DNA of 64,000 bases, filler included, from Circinaria calcarea (taxonomy: Eukaryota), in assembly GCA_051942165.1 (NCBI GenBank). It is 19 parts of 19 records of this genome, joined end to end, with 100 filler letters (N's around TTAATTAATTAA, not from the genome) between each part and the next. Parts side by side here need not be neighbours in the genome. Positions count along the whole stretch, not along the records: positions 1 to 3,296 come from JAVECS010002905.1; positions 3,397 to 6,692 come from JAVECS010002906.1; positions 6,793 to 10,087 come from JAVECS010002907.1; positions 10,188 to 13,482 come from JAVECS010002908.1; 15 more parts are not named here. One strand, 5' to 3'. A model generated the notes under the pieces. It saw only the letters and a program-made list of their open reading frames with translations. It was not told where the DNA came from and did not search any database. Positions within the stretch are counted from its first letter, which is position 1, and every line of letters begins with the position of its first letter. Position numbers and translations under genes: made by a program. Below, in pieces: positions 1 through 10,329 of this stretch.

Positions 1-1063
1 TTGCTTGAGGAACGTTTTGGGATTGCCGAGCGTGGTCTCGATGCGCGCTTCGAGGCTGTTTTGGAAGTGAAGGGACCAGCCTTTGTTGATGGCATATCTG
101 GTAATCAGGTTATCGTCATCGACGTTCATTGGTCCCACGGCGCCAAATAACCACGTCTCGTTTAAAAACGCCTTTTCGAATTCCGGGGACTGGAGGATGC
201 TGGCTCGATACAAGGCAGTGCGGCCACTGATGACGAAGAAGCCACCGTCAATGTTAATAGTCGCTGTACATTCGAAGTTGTGACGCTCAAGGTAAATGCA
301 TGCAATGAAGTTGTAAAAGTTAACGAGAGAAAGAGAGAAGGGGGCACGCCTTACGCGTTTTGAGGTAGCAATACCACCGATACGTGGATCCTCAAACGCA
401 GCAAGGGCGCCTTCAAGGAAATCTGGTCTCCAGAAAACGTGATCGTCGGCTAAGACGATGATGGAGGTTGATACAAGGCGGACGGCATGGTAAATCTGAC
501 GTCGTTTGCTAGGCAGTTCGATACTGATGCAAGTAATAGCAGAAGAGATCTCGTGGCATACTTGCTCTGCAAGTCTAAGCTTCGCTTCGCCGACGGTACA
601 AACCAGGATACTGTGTGGGCCGTTGGCGAGGATGGAGCGAATGCATTCCTCGAACTCACCATCAAGGTTTCCGACAGTTGGAACGATGACTGTGACGTCC
701 CTAGGAGCAAGGACAGTAGGCCTTGCAGGGATTGGTATTGGACGGTAAAGGAGGAAGGAGATAGTATGGACGATGACCTTTAAGAATTTAAAGGTGAATA
801 GGAGAGTGAAGGCAAGTAGCCATCTATCTAGGCTACGGATTCCATCGAGCGAGCTGCTGATGGAGGAATGGAAGATATAGACAAAGGAGACTGCTATGAG
901 ATAGGAGACCGGCGTCCACTTAATAATAGCGATTGGTAAACAGAACAAACATATCAGGAAGAGTTGGAGTTTGCCTACGGTTCAGCAAGTCATGACAAAT
1001 TAGCTCTCCGTCTAAGCAACGTGAGATTGGTCCGACCAAAGTACCTTTGCTGATTGACTCCAT
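1..1063 (-). CDS. Glycosyltransferase family 2, Cps1-like polysaccharide synthase (3' truncated at window edge; one predicted intron ~975-1044)
   Basis: Not in the ORF track. Manual minus-strand translation is open from ~974 to 1: ...DVTVIVPTVG...SKRRQI...IIVLADDHVFW...FEDPRIGGIATSKRV...YLERHNFECTATINIDGG...ISGRTALYRASIL...DDDNLITR...IETTL. These are GT-A fold motifs of fungal Cps1-like GT2s. Putative exon 1 ATGGAGTCAATCAGCAAAG then GTACTT...GCTAAT...CCGTAG intron. Confidence 0.85.
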
Positions 1064-2048
1064 GCCCGAGCATAAACTCTAGATTTCTGGATGCGCTCCC
1101 TTGTCAACGGAAGGGCTGCTGTCGGTGGATAATTTGATTCTCAGAAGACTTTTATATATGGTGCATGATTGTCTATTGCGGTAATCGACACCCCTTGAGC
1201 CGTGGGTCAGATATGCAAAGGACTTACCGCGATGCCTCATCTTTTGGAGTGAGGTAGACTTGATTCACGGCATGAGTGATAGATAGTCTGTGAATGGTTG
1301 AGGCCAATGCGTGAAGGAGGCGAGAGGGAGATGTAAGTAGATCAATTGATCCACGAAGAAATTGCTGGCCCACTGACATCGTGCTTTCTGCGGGGTAGCT
1401 AATATTGTCTCACAGAATATGATAAGAGCCCGCAGCCATTAAGGAAATCAAATAAGTATGCCGTGAGTGAACTTTGCAAGATAGATATTCAGCAAACGAG
1501 GTCAAACTAGAGTTGGCTATGGCTTTATTGCTGGACAGTCTCCAGGCAAGGCACTCGGGATGGGAAGACGTTCCAGCCATGGTTTTCTCAATATTATACA
1601 ACTAGCACACCCCCTCTTCATCTTTATACCGCTACATCGCCGTTATTATTTTATAAAGGGAAATGAGGTTGTATAGTAAACCCAAAATTAGACCAAAGCA
1701 ACTAGGCCCCTTACGGCCACAGTACATGGTTAGGATAGTAGAAACCTCTAGATAAGGGATGGAAAGACACCGACAGCAAATAAAAGTAGGGAGATGAAAT
1801 ACAGCCCCTTATCTGTTCTTCAGGCGGATTATACAAAAAAGCGTGGAATACCAAATGCCGCTTGAATTCCCGAGTAGATGCATAAATGCATGATCTCTCA
1901 TAATGCACAGGAGCCAAGATCGCGCTATGCTAATACGACATGGCCATCGTTTCCCGCTGCTAATTCTCCTCGAAAGGATACAAGATCATTCCCAGTTTTT
2001 CCAAAGTCAATCGCTACATGCAAAAAACCGCCATCTTCCATTCTCGTC

Positions 2049-3296
2049 TCAACTAAACTCTACCCCCTGACCTTCTCGTGCCTGCTTGGCCTGCGCCCTC
2101 TCGGCTCTCCTTCGCCGTCGATTATTCGCATAATCCGCACTCGCCTCTGTCCCGGTACCGTCATATGTCCCTGGGCTGCCTACGCTACCGGTTCCCGGTC
2201 TAGGAGGCCCAAGAGGAGAACTGGACGGGATAGGCGGAGGTGGTGGGAGAGGATTGGGTATGGCAAGGTTATTGCCGCTCTGATGGAATGCGGGTTGCGG
2301 CGGCATGGGATACGGAACCGGGGGCGCGGGCGCGTACTGTGCTTGTTGTGCCATTTCAGCTTGTTGCTGCCTCTCGATGGCTTCTGTCCTGCGCCATCGC
2401 TCGCCACCTCCTATGTCAGTGCCACTCAGAGAGCTTGCACTAGTACCTCGTCGGTGTCGACGGCCATTGGCACTTCGAGATTGGCGTCGTGCAGCTCGTT
2501 CAGCAGCTGCTTCCTGCTCGGGCAATCGTCGTAAAGTGACATGACGGCCGTCACTGTGCATCTTGACCTTGACACTGACAGGTGGTGAAGCCACGCTACC
2601 CTCGTTAGCGCTATGATGTCGATCTCGTGACTGGTTGCGATGATTCGAAAGGGCTTCGCCTGCCGCAAGACCAGCTGCACCACCAGCCAGACCGGCAGCT
2701 GCAGCCCCACGGCCTGAACGACGACGGTGCTGTCGTCCGCCTGTTGAGGCGTACACTTCTGAGCCCGAGGAGTCTTGGTGAAGAGCACCCTGTGCGAATG
2801 GTGGATTCGGAGGCATGGCGGCTGGATCTCCAGGAACATTACCAGTAAGAACTGGATTGTTAGCACCCAAAATCGTATGCTGCGATCTGCTCCGGTGTCG
2901 GTCTCGGTCTGCAAGCGCACCACCCACCGCCGCTCCTGCGATCCCAGCAGGTATGACACCTGATGAGCCTAATGGAGCTGCTGGTGGAAGACCAGCCTCG
3001 CGACGAGGACGATTATCGGCAGAGTGCTGAGTACTAGCAGTGAGTGAACCTCGACGGCCACCGCGCCTCGGAAACCCATCGCCGGTCAAACGCTTGCCAT
3101 GACTTCGATTGAGACGCTCATCTTCAATCTCTTGTTGCCGTATGGCCTCAATACGCCTATCCTCTTTCCGTTGTTTACGTTTATTCATGATGTTCCTTAC
3201 CAAACCAAAAGCGCCGAGACCTGCAGCCGCATTGCGAAGGCCATGGCCTCGCCGATCCCGACGAGAAGGGCTTCCACTCATATAACTATCGTAAGA
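2049..3296 (-). CDS. Hypothetical Arg/Gly/Ala/Pro-rich protein, C-terminal part (5' truncated by linker)
   Basis: 410+ aa open frame with protein-like composition and a motif PPVSVKVKMHSDGRHVTLRRL; runs to the contig edge. Confidence 0.75.
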   Translation of the reverse strand, partial: SYDSYMSGSPSRRDRRGHGLRNAAAGLGAFGLVRNIMNKRKQRKEDRRIEAIRQQEIEDERLNRSHGKRLTGDGFPRRGGRRGSLTASTQHSADNRPRREAGLPPAAPLGSSGVIPAGIAGAAVGGALADRDRHRSRSQHTILGANNPVLTGNVPGDPAAMPPNPPFAQGALHQDSSGSEVYASTGGRQHRRRSGRGAAAAGLAGGAAGLAAGEALSNHRNQSRDRHHSANEGSVASPPVSVKVKMHSDGRHVTLRRLPEQEAAAERAARRQSRSANGRRHRRGTSASSLSGTDIGGGERWRRTEAIERQQQAEMAQQAQYAPAPPVPYPMPPQPAFHQSGNNLAIPNPLPPPPPIPSSSPLGPPRPGTGSVGSPGTYDGTGTEASADYANNRRRRRAERAQAKQAREGQGVEFS

Positions 3297-3396
3297 NNNN
3301 NNNNNNNNNNNNNNNNNNNNNNNNNNNNNNNNNNNNNNNNTTAATTAATTAANNNNNNNNNNNNNNNNNNNNNNNNNNNNNNNNNNNNNNNNNNNN
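3297..3396. other. Artificial contig linker N44-TTAATTAATTAA-N44 (first of 18, recurring every ~3.38 kb up to 60855-60954)
   Basis: Identical 100-nt spacer with stops in all six frames; the intervening segments shrink monotonically from 3296 to 3272 nt. Confidence 0.98.
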
Positions 3397-3397
3397 T

Positions 3398-4111
3398 ATA
3401 TCGACGGACTGTGAAACCTTCGCCAGAGATGACGAACCCTATTTCGGCTCCGATGAAGGGGATTCCGAGAGCCTCTCTTCGCTGTCCTCCTTCTCCACTT
3501 TAGATTACGCCATCAAACCATGGGAAGATCCGAGATTACATCCCGAACTCTACACGTTCAAGCCTCCTCCGACACCTGAATCTTACCGCACCACACACGC
3601 CCGTTCCCCCGCTATAGCCGAATCAAGCTCTCGGAGCAGTAGCATTAGCCGTTTCAGCCTCTTCAGCCGCAAACGTGGGAGCTCTCCCGATGACGCTGCC
3701 CCGCCACCGATTTCGCGTACTCGCCATGTCGCCTTTGCTCTCCCTCCAAAACACTCCCCTGCCACCCGTGTCACCAACCGCCTCAGCAAGCTCCGACCCT
3801 CCCTAAGTCTATCTCGTCGTCCCTTATCCCACATTGACCATACCAAAGCCTCAAATCCAGTCACCTTTGTTCCTTTTGCTGATGCTAACCACGAGGGCCT
3901 GCGTACTTCGACCTTCTCGACCGAATCAAGAGATGATTCGCATCTGGCGTTCAACTGGCAGGCTAGTGTTTTCGATATTGCGGGGATGTCAGAGGAGGAG
4001 CAAGAAAGGCTGAGGAAGAAAGGGATCAACCCGAGACTAAAGGCCGAGATGGAAGCCGCACGGAAAGGCAGGTGGTTAGGACCACTGGTTGGTAATACAT
4101 TCATTGGATGA
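3398..4111 (+). CDS. Hypothetical protein, C-terminal part (left-arm copy)
   Basis: Open frame from the contig edge: ISTDCETFARDDEPYF...GMSEEEQERLRKKGINPRLKAEMEAARKGRWLGPLVGNTFIG*. The frame is kept in both arms, with several synonymous differences. Confidence 0.7.
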   Translation: MSTDCETFARDDEPYFGSDEGDSESLSSLSSFSTLDYAIKPWEDPRLHPELYTFKPPPTPESYRTTHARSPAIAESSSRSSSISRFSLFSRKRGSSPDDAAPPPISRTRHVAFALPPKHSPATRVTNRLSKLRPSLSLSRRPLSHIDHTKASNPVTFVPFADANHEGLRTSTFSTESRDDSHLAFNWQASVFDIAGMSEEEQERLRKKGINPRLKAEMEAARKGRWLGPLVGNTFIG

Positions 4112-4863
4112 GGTAGAGAAGGCAGAGCAGATTCCTGCGGGAAATTTGTGAGTCGAAGGCCAAACCCACGTGAAGTGGAAAACTATGCGGACGTGATGCC
4201 TGGTAGCTTGGTCATTAGGCTGGCGCATGAACTTTCGGAGGTCGCTCTGGTTGCAAGAGATGAAAATGGGGATGACAAGTTTGCAGTTTGCGCATTTGGA
4301 GTGTAAGAGCCCTGGGGTGTACGTTGAAGATTGGCTGTTATGTCTCACGCATATCATGTATAAAAGACGTGAGTAGCAGGGGTTAAGTCAAGCTCTTGCA
4401 TTTAATTTAAAATGTACAGTACCTTCATATCCCATCGGCATAGCTAGACGTGAATCGAGGATGAGTATAATAATAATACATAGTGGAATATTCAAATTCA
4501 TATTTCCTTCAAGTCTTTTATCTCGATCTATCCTTCATGGAACGAAATTTGAGTGCGACATAAACGTCTGGGTAGCCTTGATAGTAGCGGAAGTGTAATG
4601 GTAATATAGTTCGAAAAGTTATATACATATTTTTACACAATGTACAAAATGTGTGACCAGTCATTTGATGCTGCAGTATCTTCCACGGAAAACGGTGATG
4701 CGCACAGGACAAAACAGACCGACTTCAGCCCCCCTCTCGGCAAAATCCGTGACATTGCCACCTTCCCCATACAACAGCCTCGCCACCTACCTCTCTTTCT
4801 CCTTTCTCCTTTATCCGCTATCCCTACTTCCCATCTCTCTATCCCTTTCCCCATCATTCCATT

Positions 4864-5217
4864 TTACCACATGCTAGCTCCCCCGGTCTCGATCGCCTCA
4901 ATTTCCGCCTGCGTCCACTTTGTTCTCGCGAACCGCCCTGGCAACTCGCTCCGGTCAAAATACATGCCCGGAGGTGCCTCCACCGGCCCTAGAGAGTGCC
5001 CGGTATGTCCCCCTATCGCGCCGTAGGCGAGTGAAGCAGAGGGTTGGGGGGAAGATGATGGCGGGGCGGAAGATCGGGAGGAAGAGGAGGGGTTCAGAGG
5101 ACCGTGTTGTTGGGCGTTAGAGCGGTATTTGGCGAAGGAGTCTGGGAGGGAAGAAGTTGGGGAGGCGGGATGCGGGTGAGGGGTGTGGTCGAGGGATTCT
5201 GTACGGGGAGCTAGCAT
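4864..5217 (-). CDS. KGD4: Kgd4/Ymr31 (MRPS36-family) alpha-ketoglutarate dehydrogenase subunit, exon 2 only (true exon probably 5198-4864; exon 1 missing)
   Basis: SLDHTPHPHPASPT...YRSNAQQHGPL...YFDRSELPGRFARTKWTQAEIEAIETGGA matches the fungal Ymr31/S36 C-terminal region; preceded by a TACAG acceptor. Confidence 0.8.
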   Translation of the reverse strand: MLAPRTESLDHTPHPHPASPTSSLPDSFAKYRSNAQQHGPLNPSSSSRSSAPPSSSPQPSASLAYGAIGGHTGHSLGPVEAPPGMYFDRSELPGRFARTKWTQAEIEAIETGGASMW

Positions 5218-5977
5218 GTGGTGAAATGGAATGGTGGGGAAAGGGATAGAGAGATGGGAAGTAGGGATAGCGGAAAAAGGAGAAAGGAGGAAGAGAGGTA
5301 GGTGTGGAGGCTGTTGTATGGGGAAGGTGGCAATGTCACGGATTTTGCCGAGAGGGGGCTGAAGTCGGTCAGTTTTGTCCTGTGTGCGTCACCGTTTTCC
5401 GCGGAAGATACTGCAGCATCAAATGACTGGTCCCACATTTTGTACATTGTGTAAAAATACGTATATAACTTTTCGAACTATATTACCATTACAACTTGCG
5501 CTACTATCAAGGCTACCCAGACGTTTATGTCACATTCAAATTTCATTCCATGAAGGATAGATGGAGATAAAAGACTTAAAAGGAAATATGAATTTGGGTA
5601 TTCCACTATGTATTGTTTTTACACTCATCCTCGATTCACGTCTAGCTATGCCGATGGGATATGAGGGTACTGTACATTATAAATTAAGTGCAAGAGCTTG
5701 ACTTAACCCCTGCTACTCATGTCTTTATACATGATATGCGTGAGACATAACAGCCAATCTTCAACGTACACCCCAGGGCCCTTACACTCCAAATCCGCAA
5801 ACTGCAAACTTGTCATCCCCATTTTCATCTCTTGCAACCAGAGCGACCTCCGAATGTTCATGCGCCAGCCTAACAACCAAGCTGCCAGGCATCACGTCCG
5901 CATAGTCTTTCTCTTCACCTGGATTTGGCCTTCCGACTCACAAATTTCCCGCAGGAATCTGCTGTGCCATCTCTACC

Positions 5978-6691
5978 TCATCCAATGAATGTATTACCAA
6001 CCAGTGGTCCTAGCCACCTCCCTTTCCGTGCGGCTTCCATCTCGGCCTTTAGTCTCGGGTTGATCCCTTTCTTCCTCAGCCTTTCTTGCTCCTCCTCTGA
6101 CATCCCCGCAATATCGAAAACACTAGCCTGCCAGTCGAACGCCAGATGCGAATCATCCGTAGATTCGGTCGAGAAGGTCGAAGTACGCAGGCCCTCGTGG
6201 TTAGCATCAGCAAAAGGAACAAAAGTGACTGGATTTGAGGCCTTGGTGTGGTCAATGTGGGATAAGGGACGACGAGACAGACTTAGGGAGGGTCGGAGCT
6301 TGCTGAGGCGGTTGGTGACACGGGTGGCAGGGGAGTGTTTTGGAGGGAGAGCAAAGGCGACATGGCGAGTACGCGAAATCGGTGGCGGGGCAGCGTCATC
6401 AGGAGAGCTCCCACGTTTGCGGCTGAAGAGGCTGAAACGGCTAATGCTACTGCTCCGAGAGCTTGATTCGGCTATAGCGGGGGAACGGGAATGTTTGGTG
6501 CGGTAAGATTCAGGTGTCGGAGGAGGCTTGAACGTGTAGAGTTCGGGATGCAATCTCGGATCTTCCCATGGTTTGATGGCGTAATCTAAAGTGGAGAAGG
6601 AGGACAGCGAAGAGAGGCTCTCGGAATCCCCTTCATCGGAGCCGAAATAGGGTTCGTCATCTCTGGCGAAGGTTTCACAGTCCGTCGATAT
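5978..6691 (-). CDS. Hypothetical protein, C-terminal part (right-arm copy of 3398-4111)
   Basis: ORF 5978-6553 extends open to the contig edge; near-identical protein to the left-arm copy. Confidence 0.7.
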   Translation of the reverse strand: MSTDCETFARDDEPYFGSDEGDSESLSSLSSFSTLDYAIKPWEDPRLHPELYTFKPPPTPESYRTKHSRSPAIAESSSRSSSISRFSLFSRKRGSSPDDAAPPPISRTRHVAFALPPKHSPATRVTNRLSKLRPSLSLSRRPLSHIDHTKASNPVTFVPFADANHEGLRTSTFSTESTDDSHLAFDWQASVFDIAGMSEEEQERLRKKGINPRLKAEMEAARKGRWLGPLVGNTFIG

Positions 6692-8171
6692 ANNNNNNNN
6701 NNNNNNNNNNNNNNNNNNNNNNNNNNNNNNNNNNNNTTAATTAATTAANNNNNNNNNNNNNNNNNNNNNNNNNNNNNNNNNNNNNNNNNNNNCTTTAGCG
6801 CCTCACCCCCTGCTCTCGAGCGCGCCGCTGCTTCTCGATCCGATCACTTCCGTAGGCAACCGCGAGGCACAATCGCAGCAAACCCATGAGTATGCCATGC
6901 CATATGTGGTGCCAACCGTGAACAGGAAGCCCGGGATGCTGGCCACATGGCACAAGATAAGTGCTCAGCGATAAGAGAGGGGATTTAGCGTTGGAAGTCT
7001 AAGAGCTTCGACGCAGTGGAGTTGGTTGAAATGGGACAGCCATGAATGCCTTATCCTGCGTCGGAAAGTCTCCTCTATGCCTCGTTAAACTTCATCCAAC
7101 GATTTCTGCAGAGCAATATGCAAAGCACTCGGATTAAGAGGTGATAAAGACAACAGGGTACCCTTCCATCAGGACCTACCATGTCTTGGGACCCGGCCAT
7201 AAGTCTTTCCACGAATACCCCTTGAGATTTCATACGTACCGTTCTCTTCCTTCAAAAGGTGAATCCTTTGCCATTGGACCTCTACCGCTTCCAGTGCCTG
7301 GTATAGCTGTTTTCGCCACATTACTCTATTTAGAATAGGTCATTTAAAAGGTACTTTGGCAATGTCACCCACTTTGCAGCCTGGCCAGCACTTTTCACTT
7401 TCTGCGAACTACCAGCAGTCCATAAATCTCTTCCTTTATTTGGTGAATCTCGCATGCTCAAGGAAATCTCGAGGAATTCAAGGGTTCCGCTTGCTTAGAG
7501 ACGCTTTCAAGCATTAGAGAGAGAGACATGGAAAGAAACGACCAATCGATGCTAAATCTCACCGTACATACCTGGAGTCTACTCTGCAAAGCCCTGTCCA
7601 CTCGTTACAAACACACATGCAAGCAGGTACCCTTCTCTGGCATTGGATCTCATCTTATATATGGAAAACCCCCGGAGACCGCGGTCGACTCATGTATATC
7701 AACGTAGATACCGATCAAAGCATTCGTAGGATTGTCCGTCCTGTGCCGCGGCTAACATGTGATGAAGGTTTTGAATTTTTGTTAAAAATATCAGCCTGAG
7801 CAACAGATCTGTCGTCAGTCAATCTAGATATATGACCTATTCGAGTAACACTGTACAATAATAGTGATCTTCAATCCAAGAACCCTGTCGTTCCTTCCGC
7901 AGGGGTAAATGCAAGCGGAATATGGTAAGCCCGGCCCGGACGCATGAACCTACAGGGGAATTCGTCTGCGAATGACACTCACAACACACTCCGGAGTCCC
8001 TCGAAGCTTACAATATTGCCAACGCCCTTGAACAGCTTATTTTCATTCCAACCAAGAATCCGGCATCAAGGCTCGAGGGACATCTGTATGAACAATTCGA
8101 CCAGAGACATCCGACCGGCAAGGCTTCACTTGGTGGATTTTTGGCTGCTTCCTCGGTACTTGACCTAAGGA

Positions 8172-10087
8172 ATGGGGAACCTTTGTACTTCGTGTTACAG
8201 AGGTACGGAACTCGGTTCCCATTGCTTCGTCACTATGCTGATACCATATCCCACGTTCCAGGGCGTCCAAAGGATGGTTTGTACGAACCTGCCTTGGCAG
8301 ATAATGAACGGGAAGCGGTTGCAGACCTCCTCCAATACCTCGAAAATGTAAGATTCACCGCTGCTCAAATACAATGAATCTTGGACATCCACTGATACCA
8401 CACCTCAGAGGGGCGAAACTGACTTCTTCTCCGGCGAACCCTTACGCGCTTTAAGCACCTTGGTCTATTCCGAGAATGTCGACCTCCAGCGAAGTGCGAG
8501 CTTGACATTTGCGGAAATCACCGAAAGGGGTAAGGATTCCATAACATTAGAAGCATGTGGAGTTTGCTAAAATATAATGGTAAAGATGTCAGAGAAGTTG
8601 ACCGCCTTACCCTCGAACCTATTCTTTTCCTATTACAGAGTCCCGACATTGAGGTCCAACGAGCCGCGAGTGCCGCACTGGGAAACTTGGCTGTCAACAG
8701 TACGTGGCCCTTTTGCATTCTATTGCGGCAGTGGCTGACTCTGGATTAGACGAGAATAAGGTTTCGATTGTGCTTCTAGGAGGTCTTTCGCCTCTGATAA
8801 GGCAAATGAGATCGCCAAACGTGGAAGTCCAATGCAATGCCGTAGGATGTATCACGAATCTAGCTACCCATGAAGACAACAAAGCAAAGATTGCGAGATC
8901 GGGCGCACTAGGACCGCTTACAGTGCTGGCCAAATCAAAAGATATGAGAGTTCAAAGAAATGCAACGGGAGCGCTGCTAAATATGACACATTCTGGTAAG
9001 GCTATGGTTGCCTACAATACGAAACCTTACTGACTTGCAACATAGACGACAACAGACAACAGCTGGTGAACGCTGGAGCGATCCCTGTCCTAGTACAGCT
9101 CCTTTCCTCTACTGATGTTGATGTTCAGTATTACTGTACAACAGCTCTCAGCAATATTGCCGTTGATGCCGGAAACCGCAAGAAGCTTGCACAGACGGAA
9201 TCAAAACTTGTATATTCTCTTGTTCGTCTCATGGACTCTTCGTCACCCAAGGTACAATGTCAAGCTGCGCTTGCTTTACGGAATCTTGCCTCAGATGAGA
9301 AATACCAGTTAGAAATCGTTCGGACAAATGGACTGGCCCCGTTACTTCGATTACTTCAATCATCCTACCTACCACTTATTCTTTCTGCCGTTGCATGTAT
9401 TCGCAACATTTCCATACATCCCATGAACGAATCGCCGATAATCGACGCCGGTTTTCTCAAACCTTTGGTTGAACTTTTAGGGTCTACGGATAACGAAGAG
9501 ATCCAATGCCATGCTATCTCAACTCTCCGTAACCTCGCCGCAAGTTCCGATCGCAACAAGCAGTTGGTACTAGAAGCCGGAGCTGTACAGAAGTGTAAGC
9601 AGTTGGTCTTGGACGTACCACTGAGTGTTCAATCCGAGATGACTGCGGCGATTGCTGTTCTGGCTTTAAGTGATGAGCTCAAGACACATCTGCTCAACCT
9701 TGGAGTGTTTGACGTTCTCATCCCACTTACTGATTCCGAATCAATTGAAGTGCAAGGAAACAGCGCAGCGGCGCTGGGTAATCTCTCATCAAAAGGTATG
9801 TTGACTAAAATACTTAGTTTGTCAACTTCCAACATTGACCATTATTAGTCGGCGATTACTCCATCTTCATCAAAGACTGGACGGAGCCCAATGGAGGCAT
9901 CCACGGTTATCTCAATCGCTTTCTTGCCAGCGGTGATCCTACTTTCCAACACATTGCCATCTGGACTCTTCTCCAGCTACTCGAATCCGAGGATAAAGCT
10001 CTTGTGGAACTCATCGCCAAGGCCGATGATATAATCCAGATGATCAAGACCATTTCGGATAAGAACATCGAGTCTGACGACGAAGAA
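8172..10087 (+). CDS. VAC8: Vacuolar protein 8, armadillo-repeat protein (multi-exon, 3' truncated)
   Basis: Exon 1 [10 protein letters not shown] (Gly2 plus Cys lipidation motif), then [64 protein letters not shown] and further ARM repeats; GT-AG introns join the ORF fragments. Confidence 0.97.
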
Positions 10088-10187
10088 NNNNNNNNNNNNN
10101 NNNNNNNNNNNNNNNNNNNNNNNNNNNNNNNTTAATTAATTAANNNNNNNNNNNNNNNNNNNNNNNNNNNNNNNNNNNNNNNNNNNN

Positions 10188-10329
10188 ATGGTGAGCAAAC
10201 CCTTGGTTCCCATGCTCCCTATGGTTACACGGAGCGGCATCGTAAGCAACCCGGAGTTCGGTCCCTAGTACCCCCGGTACCTAACTCCTTTTGTCCCTAG
10301 TGCATGCTATGGTGCTGGCGCCATAACAC
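10188..10329. mobile_element. End of an LTR-like element (…CCTAGTGCATG…GCCATAACA) abutting the RIP'd transposase
   Basis: Shares its terminal ~35 nt with 11497-11529, ends in TAACA, and is GC-richer than the adjoining transposon. Confidence 0.5.

Larger units (their letters stand above)
3397..6692. repeat. Contig-sized imperfect inverted repeat: arms 3397-4883 and 5205-6692, ~320-bp unique spacer
   Basis: Contig start TATATCGACGGACTG... is the reverse complement of the contig end. Mirrored ORFs appear in the track (3583-4104 - / 5925-6506 +; 4076-4357 - / 5719-5988 +). Scattered substitutions and small indels separate the arms. Confidence 0.95.
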
